From Patescibacteria group bacterium (GTDB lineage Bacteria > Patescibacteriota > Minisyncoccia > Phycocordibacterales > Phycocordibacteraceae), in assembly GCA_030837225.1 (NCBI GenBank), contig JAUPKX010000007.1, forward strand, positions 158,657-222,656: DNA of 64,000 nucleotides, read 5' to 3'. This document shows positions 18,054 through 26,296 of this stretch, in pieces (position 1 is the stretch's first letter; each line of letters opens with the position of its first letter). A model generated the notes under the pieces. The model was given only the letters and a program-made list of their open reading frames with translations, searched no databases and was not told where the DNA came from. Made by a program: the position numbers and the translations under genes.

Positions 18054-19517
18054 ATGAAGTTCCCTGTTCCCCTTGAAGTTACACGTGTAACAACTGCACT
18101 CCAGGACGCTGGATACGAGGCCTACCTTGTCGGTGGCTGCGTCCGGGACCTCCTTTTAGACCGTACCCCTAAGGACTGGGATGTAACCACGAACGCAAAG
18201 CCCGAGCAGATCCAGGCAGTCTTCCCTGAATCCTTCTACGAGAACGACTTCGGAACCGTAGGAGTGAAGACCGGGAGCGAGGACCAGACGCTCGCAATTA
18301 TTGAGGTAACCCCCTACCGCACCGAAACTGGGTACTCCGACAAGCGTCGCCCCGACGCTGTATCGTTTGGGGATAACTTAGAAGAGGATCTCGCACGTCG
18401 CGACTTCACCATTAACGCCATTGCCCTTGATCCTTCTAAAGGACAGTTGATAGACCCTTATCAAGGACAAAAGGACATTGAGGCCCGTGTCTTAAGGACA
18501 GTTGGTGTACCTGCTGACCGGTTTGAGGAGGACGCTCTGCGTCTTATGCGTGCTGTGCGACTCGTAGCAGAGCTCGAGTTCGCACTCGACACTGATACTG
18601 CTGCCGCTATTAAGGAGAAAGGTTCGAACTTGGCGCACATTTCACGTGAAAGGATCAGGGACGAGTTTGTTCGCATCCTGAACTCAAACCAGCCTATGAT
18701 GGCGCTGGTATTGGCTCAGCAACTTGAGATACTTAGCTATATCGCACCTGACCTCTCCCGAGGTGTGGGTATCGACCAGAATCAGGCCCATAGCTACGAC
18801 GTTTTTGGGCACCTTATGCGTGCTCTCCAGCATGCTGCAGATAAGGGCTGGGGGCCAGATATACGCCTTGCAGCAGTATTCCATGACGTATCTAAGCCAG
18901 AAACTAGGCGCTGGTCTGACGAGAAGAATGACTGGACCTTCCATGGGCACGAAGTGGTTGGTTCACGTGTAACCCGAAAGGCCCTTGAAGACCTTAAGTT
19001 TTCACGTGAAACTATCGAAAGAGTGAGCAAATTGGTTCGTTGGCACATGTTCTTCTCAGATCCTGACCAGATTACCCTTTCGGCCGTTCGCCGTATGATT
19101 AGGAACGTTGGGGAGGAAAATATCTATGATCTCCTCAATCTCCGTATTTGTGACCGTATTGGAACAGGGAGGCCGAAAGAACAGCCATTCCGCTTCCGCA
19201 GATATAAGGCCATGGTTGAGGAGGCCCTTCGCGATCCGATATCCGTAGGCATGCTTAAGACTGACGGTTCACGGATAATGGAGAAGTTCCACGTGCAACC
19301 GGGTCCAAAGATAGGTTTTGCCCTCCACGCGCTCCTTGAGGAGGTTCTTGAGGACCCAAAGAGGAATACTGAGGAATACCTGGACACCCGGACTGTAGAG
19401 CTTCTGGCGCTGCCTGAGGCAGATCTTAAGGCGCTAGGGGAGTCAGGCAAGAAGAGGAGGGAAGAGGAGGAGGAACGGGAAATCCAGGAAATACTTGAAA
19501 AGCACCACGTTGGGTAG
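18054..19517 (+). CDS. cca: CCA-adding tRNA nucleotidyltransferase with HD domain
   Basis: Pol-beta NTase head (GGCVRDLLLDRTPKDWDVTT), HD motif (VFHDVSKPE), C-terminal charged tail. Confidence 0.9.
   Translation: MKFPVPLEVTRVTTALQDAGYEAYLVGGCVRDLLLDRTPKDWDVTTNAKPEQIQAVFPESFYENDFGTVGVKTGSEDQTLAIIEVTPYRTETGYSDKRRPDAVSFGDNLEEDLARRDFTINAIALDPSKGQLIDPYQGQKDIEARVLRTVGVPADRFEEDALRLMRAVRLVAELEFALDTDTAAAIKEKGSNLAHISRERIRDEFVRILNSNQPMMALVLAQQLEILSYIAPDLSRGVGIDQNQAHSYDVFGHLMRALQHAADKGWGPDIRLAAVFHDVSKPETRRWSDEKNDWTFHGHEVVGSRVTRKALEDLKFSRETIERVSKLVRWHMFFSDPDQITLSAVRRMIRNVGEENIYDLLNLRICDRIGTGRPKEQPFRFRRYKAMVEEALRDPISVGMLKTDGSRIMEKFHVQPGPKIGFALHALLEEVLEDPKRNTEEYLDTRTVELLALPEADLKALGESGKKRREEEEEREIQEILEKHHVG
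18998..19013. promoter_or_regulatory. parS-like site GTTTTCACGTGAAACT (13/16 to TGTTTCACGTGAAACA), inside cca coding sequence
   Basis: Palindromic CACGTG core flanked by TTT/AAA; weaker copies also at 18638-18653 and 18961-18976. Confidence 0.5.
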
Positions 19518-19533
19518 GTTTTCACGTGGAACA
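19518..19533. promoter_or_regulatory. parS-like site GTTTTCACGTGGAACA (14/16)
   Basis: Matches the B. subtilis-type parS family TGTTNCACGTGAAACA; directly after cca stop. Confidence 0.6.
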
Positions 19534-19549
19534 CGCTTAAAACTAGATT

Positions 19550-19571
19550 AAAGCCCGTATATACGGGCTTT
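19550..19571 (+). terminator. hairpin terminator after cca (AAAGCCCGTATATACGGGCTTT)
   Basis: Perfect palindrome; near-identical hairpin recurs at 45684-45705. Confidence 0.5.
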
Positions 19572-19576
19572 AATGC

Positions 19577-19592
19577 TGTTTCATGTGAAATA
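19577..19592. promoter_or_regulatory. parS-like site TGTTTCATGTGAAATA (14/16)
   Basis: Same palindromic family with C-to-T changes. Confidence 0.5.
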
Positions 19593-19735
19593 TGACCATA
19601 TAGCAGAAGACCGCCTGGGAAGGCGGTCTCTTCTGTAATGCGTCCAAGGCGGCGGGAAAGGTTGGGGAAGGGGCTTTGGATGGTTCCCGCCAAGAGAGTA
19701 TGGACATAACAGGACAAACGAACTGATGATTTGTG

Positions 19736-19751
19736 CTTTTCACGTGGAACT
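19736..19751. promoter_or_regulatory. parS-like site CTTTTCACGTGGAACT (13/16)
   Basis: TTTTCACGTGGAAC 14-mer identical to the copy at 19520-19533. Confidence 0.55.
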
Positions 19752-20003
19752 AGTTTATGCCGGACCCGGTCGATATGTGGAGGATACGCCTCGTCGTCGG
19801 TCAGCTATAACACGTCACACGCTACTTGCACCTGATGAAGTGAACAAAGAGCTCGCAAAGAACATCGCCACCCTTAAGGGGTGGCGTATCTCTCGCGAGC
19901 TTTGCCCAACCCCCTCAGGTCTTTATAGATAGTACTCTTCTATAGGACAGAGTAAAGGACAACTCTGTGGATAGAGTGGATAACTTGTCTTTTATAATGT
20001 CCT

Positions 20004-20798
20004 TTAGAGCGTAATGGACACAGGGCAGTGGTCAGAACCGTATATATCAGCGTGTATCTCAGCGCCCTTAACTTTTGCTGAGAATTTCTTTGAGGCGAAT
20101 ATGTAATCGATTCGCCAGCCTACATTGCGATCACGCGCCATCCGAAACGGGCTCCACCAGGAGTAGTGGCCGTTGCCTTCGGTGAACATTCGGAACGTAT
20201 CGATGAATCCTGCTTCCTGGATCTGATCAATACCTGCTCGCTCTTCCTTGGTATATCCGTGCCCGCCCTCGTTTGCCTTAGGGTTTGCGAGATCGTCTGG
20301 CGTATGTGCGACGTTCAAATCCCCGCAGAAAATAACAGGTTTCTCCTCTTCGAGACGCTTCATATAGGTTAGGAAAGCAGGGTCCCACTTTTCGTGGCGA
20401 AGACTGAGACGGGATAGGTCTTCCTTGGAGTTCGGAGTGTAGACCGACACAACCCAGAACTGGCCCATATCTGCAGCGATAATACGGCCCTCCTCGTTCG
20501 GGTCTCCGTACTCGTCGTCAGAAAGGCCGTATTCCTTGGCTATATCTTCGGGCATACCAAAAAGCACATCCTCGGGAATCTGCTTGGTGAATATGGCAGT
20601 TCCGCTGTAGCCCTTTCGATTCTTTGCTGAATGCCAGTATTCCTCATATCCCATGAGATCAACAGGGGATTGGTGCTGCTCAGCTTTGGTTTCCTGGAGA
20701 CAGATGATGTCTGGCTTTAATTGCTTTATAAACGGCTCAAACAGGCCCTTCTTGTGAACGGCTCGGATGCCATTTACGTTCCAAGAAACGATTCTCAT
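20004..20798 (-). CDS. xth: exodeoxyribonuclease III (AP endonuclease, EEP family)
   Basis: MRIVSWNVNGIRA...CLQETK...GDLNVAH...SDHCPV motifs. Confidence 0.9.
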   Translation of the reverse strand: MRIVSWNVNGIRAVHKKGLFEPFIKQLKPDIICLQETKAEQHQSPVDLMGYEEYWHSAKNRKGYSGTAIFTKQIPEDVLFGMPEDIAKEYGLSDDEYGDPNEEGRIIAADMGQFWVVSVYTPNSKEDLSRLSLRHEKWDPAFLTYMKRLEEEKPVIFCGDLNVAHTPDDLANPKANEGGHGYTKEERAGIDQIQEAGFIDTFRMFTEGNGHYSWWSPFRMARDRNVGWRIDYIFASKKFSAKVKGAEIHADIYGSDHCPVSITL

Positions 20799-20846
20799 GC
20801 GGGTATTGTATACCGTTAGAGTTCGATCCCTACTCTGCCAGCTACT

Positions 20847-21076
20847 GATATAAAAAGATAACGCCCAGGAACGAAGTTCCTGGGCGGCACCGTCCTGATT
20901 CGGATTTCACCAGTACCATCATAGGGATTCCTACCCTAGGCCTTTTAGTGTCAGAACACCTGCTCTTGCTGGATTAGGTGCGTCCAGCTCACCCTGTATT
21001 CCTTCCCATGGCCGGGACTACCATATCGGGAAGACCCCACTGTTTCACCGCCGCTCCGTGTGGACGAGTTAGTCGG
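20847..21076 (-). ncRNA. candidate small RNA (about 225 nt) bounded by a TTGACA promoter and a strong intrinsic terminator, identity unknown
   Basis: Minus strand: TTGACA (plus 21106-21111) with weak -10 TACTGT about 16 nt on; 11-bp stem CGCCCAGGAAC-uucg-GUUCCUGGGCG plus U-tract (plus 20847-20886); no ORF over 12 codons; xth has its own TATACA box after the terminator. Confidence 0.3.
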
Positions 21077-21126
21077 CCTGAGTACAGTAGCATATAGTGT
21101 AATTCTGTCAACCCCTATTTAAGTAA

Positions 21127-21151
21127 GTTCCAACATCGTCCCAGACTGCCA
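21127..21151 (+). repeat. 25-bp motif GTTCCAACATCGTCCCAGACTGCCA (copy a)
   Basis: Identical to copy at 21513-21537; related copies at 50413-50437 and 63257-63281. Confidence 0.8.
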
Positions 21152-21178
21152 GCAATATTTCCATGCTAGATTCATGAT

Positions 21179-21508
21179 ATGGATATTCCCCTGCAATCTA
21201 TACTTCTAATAGTACTAATTGTCGCAGTGCCGCTACTGCTCTCCGGAGCTCTTATATACGGCCATATAAAAGAGGGAAGAATAATGGGTGCCGCCCATTT
21301 CCCATTCCTTCAATCATGGACCAAGTCATTTTGGTATTCGACTGGGATGCCGAAGTATGTGAGTAGAAAACACGAGCCCTTAGAGTTTTGGTTCGGATTC
21401 ATCCTCCGAATGATCCCGCTTATAGGGATGTTGCTGCTACTAATGCTGATGGGCGTTAGTGCAGTACTCGGAGTGACCTTCTACGAACTTATAGATTTGC
21501 TTTTTTAA
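21179..21508 (+). CDS. small membrane protein (109 aa), flanked by 25-bp direct repeats
   Basis: Two to three TM helices (LLIVLIVAVPLLLSGALIYG; IPLIGMLLLLMLMGVSAVLGV). Confidence 0.5.
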   Translation: MDIPLQSILLIVLIVAVPLLLSGALIYGHIKEGRIMGAAHFPFLQSWTKSFWYSTGMPKYVSRKHEPLEFWFGFILRMIPLIGMLLLLMLMGVSAVLGVTFYELIDLLF

Positions 21509-21512
21509 AAAG

Positions 21513-21537
21513 GTTCCAACATCGTCCCAGACTGCCA
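21513..21537 (+). repeat. 25-bp motif GTTCCAACATCGTCCCAGACTGCCA (copy b)
   Basis: Lies in the 30-bp gap between converging stop codons of the small membrane gene and the recombinase gene. Confidence 0.8.
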
Positions 21538-21538
21538 A

Positions 21539-22447
21539 CTATCCTCGCTTCGAATGGAACTTCTTATGCACCTCTCGTAGATGCGAGTCTGTAACGTGAG
21601 TGTAGATCTGCGTCGTATTGATAGATGCGTGGCCAAGGAGCGCCTGAACGGAGCGAATGTCCGCACCATTTGAGAGGAGATCGGTGGCAAACGAGTGTCG
21701 CATAACGTGCGGAGTCACTTTCTTCGTGATGCCGGCCTTCGTGGCATAGGTCTTAATGAGAAGCTCTATGGAGCGGGGAGTAAGGCGGGTAGGGATTCTC
21801 TTCTTGGTCTCAGACTTTCTGGCTGTACTAACGAACAATGCTGGCTCCATATCCGTACGAGCCTTTAGATAGGCTCTCGTAGCGGCCTTGGCAGCGTCTG
21901 AGAGGAATACGACACGCACCTTGTCGCCCTTTCCGCGGATAGGGAAGTCATCACGGGAAAGATCGAGGTCTGAATCAAGCGAACATAGTTCTGAAACACG
22001 AAGTCCCGTAGAGAAGAGCATCTCAAGAATCGCCTTGTCGCGAAGCGCTTTCTCGCTCTCGCCATCCGTTGCTTTGAGAAGGCGGTCGAGCTCGAGCGGG
22101 GAAATAAGGTCCAAGTGACGCTCCGGAACCTTCGCAAGTTCAATCTTCTCGGGAGAAAGCGAGGGAATGTCACGCTTCCGGAGGAACTTGAGGTACGCAC
22201 GGAGCGCGATGAGGTAGTAATTCTGGGTCCGGCGCTTCATCGAGTCCTTATTCGTGCCCGGCTGGCGATTAAGCCAAAGCCTAAACTCACGCACCTTCTC
22301 CTCGGTTATAGCTCCCGTATCCTTAATCTGAGCGTATTCAAAGAATCGAGAGAGGTAATGGTCATAGTTTTCTATGGTCTTTACCGCTCTACCTCGCTCT
22401 ATCTCGAGATACTCAAGGAATTGACGCTTCATCTGTACCGCATCCAT
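21539..22447 (-). CDS. tyrosine site-specific recombinase, XerC/XerD-like
   Basis: N-terminal SAM-like domain (FLEYLEIERGRAVKTIENYDHYLSRF), catalytic HVMRHSFAT and LLGHASINTTQIYTHV (R-H-R-H-Y); track start 22486 is a TTG; ATG at 22447 preferred. Confidence 0.85.
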   Translation of the reverse strand: MDAVQMKRQFLEYLEIERGRAVKTIENYDHYLSRFFEYAQIKDTGAITEEKVREFRLWLNRQPGTNKDSMKRRTQNYYLIALRAYLKFLRKRDIPSLSPEKIELAKVPERHLDLISPLELDRLLKATDGESEKALRDKAILEMLFSTGLRVSELCSLDSDLDLSRDDFPIRGKGDKVRVVFLSDAAKAATRAYLKARTDMEPALFVSTARKSETKKRIPTRLTPRSIELLIKTYATKAGITKKVTPHVMRHSFATDLLSNGADIRSVQALLGHASINTTQIYTHVTDSHLREVHKKFHSKRG

Positions 22448-22521
22448 ACGAAAAGAGTAGCACGCAGGTTCGCACAATATTCTCAAGGTCTCCTTAACGT
22501 AATACGCTATACTTTCTCTAT

Positions 22522-23277
22522 ATGGAACTCTTACTTACACTCCCGATTCTCGTACCGCTTTTTATCGTTGTGCTTGTCGCTGTTATCAAGCAGATAAACC
22601 AGTATGAGCGTGGTGTTCGTTTCACTATGGGTAGGTTCTCCGGAATTATGAACCCTGGGTGGCGCGTAATTATCCCGGTCTTCCAGACATACCAGAAGGT
22701 GGATATGCGCACGAAGGCGGTTGATGTGCCAGATCAGAACGCGATTACACGCGACAACGTGTCAGTACGCGTAAATGCAGTCATATACTACAAGGTTTCT
22801 GACGCTGAGAAGGCGATTATCGAGGTCGAAGACTTCCGATTCGCTATCTCGCAGTATGCGCAGACAACTATGCGCAATATCGTGGGCGAAGTGACGCTCG
22901 ATGAGCTGCTTTCAAGCAGGGATCAGATTGCTGACCGCATCCGGGAGATTGTCGACAAGGAAACTGATGCATGGGGCCTTAAGGTCCAGAATGTAGAGCT
23001 TAAGGACGTTAGTCTGCCTCCTGATATGGAACGCACCATTGGAAAACAGGCAGAAGCTGAGCGTGAGAAGCGTGCCGTCATTATTACATCCGAAGGAGAG
23101 GTCGCAGCGGCACAAAATATGGCTAACGCAGCGCAAATGCTGTCCGCCGTACCTGGTGCGCTACATCTCCGTACCCTCCAATCCATTAACGATATCTCGT
23201 CAGATAAGTCGAATACCGTGGTATTTGCTATCCCGCTAGAGATCTTGAAGGCCCTTGAAGGCTTCAGTAAGCCCTAG
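22522..23277 (+). CDS. SPFH/band-7 (stomatin/prohibitin-like) membrane protein
   Basis: N-terminal TM, SPFH core (VDVPDQNAITRDNVSVRVNAVIYYKV...IVGEVTLDELLSSRD). Confidence 0.85.
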   Translation: MELLLTLPILVPLFIVVLVAVIKQINQYERGVRFTMGRFSGIMNPGWRVIIPVFQTYQKVDMRTKAVDVPDQNAITRDNVSVRVNAVIYYKVSDAEKAIIEVEDFRFAISQYAQTTMRNIVGEVTLDELLSSRDQIADRIREIVDKETDAWGLKVQNVELKDVSLPPDMERTIGKQAEAEREKRAVIITSEGEVAAAQNMANAAQMLSAVPGALHLRTLQSINDISSDKSNTVVFAIPLEILKALEGFSKP

Positions 23278-23331
23278 GGGCACACTAGGAAACACTTGCG
23301 TTTTTAATCAAGGTGTGGTAAGGTGCATGTA

Positions 23332-23598
23332 ATGCTTACGAAACGAGTTAAGACCGCGGTTATTAAGGATATTGCACGCCACCCACAAGATACCGGCTCT
23401 GCCGACGTCCAGGTGGCTATTCTAAGCCGTCAGATTGACGAGCTCACGACCCATCTTAAGAAGAACAAGAAGGATTTCCATTCTCGCCGTGGTCTTCTCC
23501 AGATGGTTGCTGACCGCCGCACCCACCTTCGTTACCTCGAGAAGAACGACAAGCGCCGCTACAGCGCAGTTGTGAAGAAGCTCGGTCTAAAGAAGTAA
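23332..23598 (+). CDS. rpsO: 30S ribosomal protein S15
   Basis: GSADVQVAILSRQIDELTTHLKKNKKDFHSRRGLLQMVADRRTHLRYL; AAGGTG RBS before second Met. Confidence 0.9.
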   Translation: MLTKRVKTAVIKDIARHPQDTGSADVQVAILSRQIDELTTHLKKNKKDFHSRRGLLQMVADRRTHLRYLEKNDKRRYSAVVKKLGLKK

Positions 23599-23599
23599 G

Positions 23600-23630
23600 A
23601 AACCGCGGGCAGAGGCCCGCGTTTCTCGTT
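23600..23630 (+). terminator. intrinsic terminator after rpsO
   Basis: AACCGCGGGC-agag-GCCCGCGTT then TCTCGTT. Confidence 0.55.
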
Positions 23631-23698
23631 CTAAGCAGGTGCTAGAATATAGATAGGCTCCTCTGAGCCCCATTACACCGTTTTAATACTGAACCGTT

Positions 23699-24211
23699 AT
23701 GCCTGTTATCAAGCATCCGGCGCAACGAGTAGGAGTTTTCATCGACACGCAGAACCTCTACCACAGCGCTAAGCATCTTTATAAGTCCCGCGTTAACTTC
23801 GCCAAGGTCCTCGAAGAGGCCGTGGGGGACCGCATTCTTGTTCGCGCCATCGCCTACGTTATTTCTACCGAAGGTGGCGACGAGAGTGCCTTCTTCGATG
23901 CTCTCACCAAGATCGGCATCGAAACAAAGGTGAAAGGTCTCCAGATCTTCTCAGACGGCGCAAAGAAAGCCGACTGGGACGTAGGTCTCGCCATAGACGC
24001 CGTTAAACTAGCTCCCAAGCTCGACACTGTTATTATCGCGAGCGGGGACGGGGATTTCGTGCCTCTTATTGAATACTTGGACATGAACCAAGGCTGCCAG
24101 GTGGAAGTTATCTCCTTCGGGAAATCTTCCTCGCAGAAACTTAAGGAAGCCGCACACGCGTTTACCGACATGTGTGAGGATCCAAAGAAGTTCATCATCG
24201 GACATCGTTAG
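23699..24211 (+). CDS. NYN domain (LabA-like, PIN-related) protein
   Basis: RVGVFIDTQNLYHSA ... VIIASGDGDFVPLIEYL motifs typical of NYN/DUF88. Confidence 0.65.
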   Translation: MPVIKHPAQRVGVFIDTQNLYHSAKHLYKSRVNFAKVLEEAVGDRILVRAIAYVISTEGGDESAFFDALTKIGIETKVKGLQIFSDGAKKADWDVGLAIDAVKLAPKLDTVIIASGDGDFVPLIEYLDMNQGCQVEVISFGKSSSQKLKEAAHAFTDMCEDPKKFIIGHR

Positions 24212-24315
24212 AGATGTGATTCAGATAGAGAGGCCGCGACAGTGTGTCGCGGTCTTTTCTATACACGCATGCACCTCTTCATAGAGCAGGGGGCAGGTAT
24301 AATTGAAACAACACC

Positions 24316-25911
24316 ATGCCACCACTCAACGACCCAAAGAAGGACCCTGCGACAACTCCCACTCCTGCACAAACTGCGGCCAACATAACTGTCGCGCCCG
24401 AGGATCGTTCAAAATATATCCGTACCATGGCCAAAGACATGGCCACGCTTTCCGGAAACCCTCCCGTTCATGCACCAACAAAGAAGCTGCCCGCGAAGGA
24501 AGAGACTGTTGCGGGCGTCACCCTAAAGACTGAAGAGCGTCCGTTCTTTGAGAAGCCGCAATCGAGAGAAGAGCGCGAGGCAGATGTGCCAATCGCACTC
24601 CCGTCCATGCAGGAAGCGAGCACCGTAGTAGAAGCAGCACCGAATCCAGTTGAAGTGCGCGCAGCAGAGCGTGCCGCCGTACTCGAGCGCCTTCGCCAGA
24701 AAGTTGGGGAGAGCGCACAGATGTCCATCCAAGATTCTCCTGCGCCCGAAGTACCAAGCCCTGCACAGGTTCCAGCAGAGAAGTCGTGGCCAGATATTCC
24801 CGTACCTGATTTTTCAGTACCCGAGACGCCGAAATCTGAGTGGGCTAACATTCCTGCTCCTGCTCCGCAGTTTGCGCCGCTCGCAGAACCCGTGCCGTCG
24901 AGACTTCCTCCTGTTGGGAAGGAGTCGTATCGTGAACCTATTGAATCAAGCGAGCCTGGGCGTCCACTTGCTCCCGCTGGTCCTGACGTAATGCATACCT
25001 ATTCGAGTGATTTCTCGAACCGGATCGACACCAAGAGTGCGTCCACGTTCTCCGTGCTTGCTGCTGAACAGGACTCTCAGACAAAGACCGCCGCAGTACT
25101 ATCTACACCAAAGAAGAGCCCCGTTAAGGCAATCGTTGCTGTTGGTACAGGCATCCTGCTTCTCGCACTCGCAGGTGGCGGTATCTTCGCTACGTATCAG
25201 TTCGTTATGACCATGCGCGACACACCAATCGCATCGCTTACTGTTCCCTCAATTGTATTTGCTGACGAGTACCGTGAACTCTCGGGCACCGGAAACGAGC
25301 TGATGAGTGCTTTCAAGTCCGCGGCAAACGGCGCACTCGTGCCGGGCAACGTTCTCGTTACCTATATCCTTACCGATTCGAACGGGGAAGACGGCTCTGT
25401 GCTTCGAGGTCCTGCGGGCGGCGCTGCCTTTGTTCGTGCGCTTCAGGTTCCTGCACCTGACATACTCCTTCGAAATATCGCAGAAGAGAGCACGACTGGT
25501 GTAGTGAACGCGGAAGGGAACACAACACCGTTCTTCGCACTTCGTGTCGATTCGTATGAGCGCACCTATGCGGGCATCCTTACCTGGGAACCACTCATGC
25601 ATCGGGACCTCGGACTTCTGTACCCACTCTATGCAGTTGAAAACGCGCCAGCTATAGAAGAGACGATTGCAACAACAACTGCTACTTCAACCATCGCAAC
25701 AACAACGAAGGCAGCTCCCGTGTCCTCAATTGAAGCGTCTGCCCGCACCCGATTTGAAGACGCAATTGTCGCGAACCATGATGTGCGTATCCTTAGAGAC
25801 ACTGAAGGACGTTCTCTTATTCTCTATGGATACGCAGACAAGCGTACGCTCCTTATTGTCCGTGACGAGGCTTCCTTTGAGGCTCTCCTTGCACGCCTGA
25901 AGGCTGAATAG
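24316..25911 (+). CDS. Pro-rich hypothetical membrane-anchored protein
   Basis: Low-complexity P/A/E N-terminal half, TM helix AIVAVGTGILLLALAGGGIFATY; TATAAT at 24298-24303 only about 12 nt before ATG. Confidence 0.5.
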   Translation: MPPLNDPKKDPATTPTPAQTAANITVAPEDRSKYIRTMAKDMATLSGNPPVHAPTKKLPAKEETVAGVTLKTEERPFFEKPQSREEREADVPIALPSMQEASTVVEAAPNPVEVRAAERAAVLERLRQKVGESAQMSIQDSPAPEVPSPAQVPAEKSWPDIPVPDFSVPETPKSEWANIPAPAPQFAPLAEPVPSRLPPVGKESYREPIESSEPGRPLAPAGPDVMHTYSSDFSNRIDTKSASTFSVLAAEQDSQTKTAAVLSTPKKSPVKAIVAVGTGILLLALAGGGIFATYQFVMTMRDTPIASLTVPSIVFADEYRELSGTGNELMSAFKSAANGALVPGNVLVTYILTDSNGEDGSVLRGPAGGAAFVRALQVPAPDILLRNIAEESTTGVVNAEGNTTPFFALRVDSYERTYAGILTWEPLMHRDLGLLYPLYAVENAPAIEETIATTTATSTIATTTKAAPVSSIEASARTRFEDAIVANHDVRILRDTEGRSLILYGYADKRTLLIVRDEASFEALLARLKAE

Positions 25912-25940
25912 GGTAGGGGTTTCGTGGTACAGTAGCGGCC

Positions 25941-26294
25941 ATGAACATAGAACAATTCCGCACACGCTTAACCGAAGAGAAGACAGCACTCGAAGCAGAG
26001 CTCGCTACCGTTGGCCGCAAGAACCCAAGCAACCCAAATGACTGGGAGGCAACGCCTGAGGAGACTGGTCTTGAGGCTGATCCAAATGATCGCGCAGACC
26101 AGATGGAGGAATTCGGCAACAATGCCGCTATCCTTACCGACCTCGAGCGTCGCTATAACGATGTAATCGCAGCAATCGCTAGAATCGAGGACGGTATGTA
26201 CGGCACGTGTATCGCAGGGGACGAGACCATCGAAGAAGATCGTCTCGAGGCAGATCCTGCTGCCGCAACATGCAAGACACACATGAACGGCTAA
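25941..26294 (+). CDS. DksA/TraR-family (YteA-like) zinc-finger protein
   Basis: Coiled-coil N-terminus and C-terminal GTCIAGDETIEEDRLEADPAAATC motif. Confidence 0.55.
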   Translation: MNIEQFRTRLTEEKTALEAELATVGRKNPSNPNDWEATPEETGLEADPNDRADQMEEFGNNAAILTDLERRYNDVIAAIARIEDGMYGTCIAGDETIEEDRLEADPAAATCKTHMNG

Positions 26295-26296
26295 CT

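Noticed and set aside
19726-19932. 68-aa ORF in the cca-xth intergenic region
   Set aside because: Begins inside a parS-like palindrome. No RBS. Region better explained as non-coding centromere-like DNA.
20811-20846. GAGTTCGATCCCTAC segment resembling a tRNA T-loop, considered as tRNA or tmRNA 3' end
   Set aside because: No cloverleaf or acceptor pairing can be built on either strand. Region is better explained as the xth promoter/5' region.
20847-21076. Attempted assignment of the candidate sRNA to SRP RNA, RNase P RNA, 6S or tmRNA
   Set aside because: Only short partial resemblances (GGUGAAAC, GGAAGGAA). Conserved P4/domain IV/tag-peptide features not found. Left as unknown rather than named.
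26207-26296. Upstream extension of the membrane protein ORF (track start 26207) overlapping the DksA-like gene
   Set aside because: Out-of-frame overlap with a motif-supported gene. A clean ATG directly after the upstream stop is preferred.
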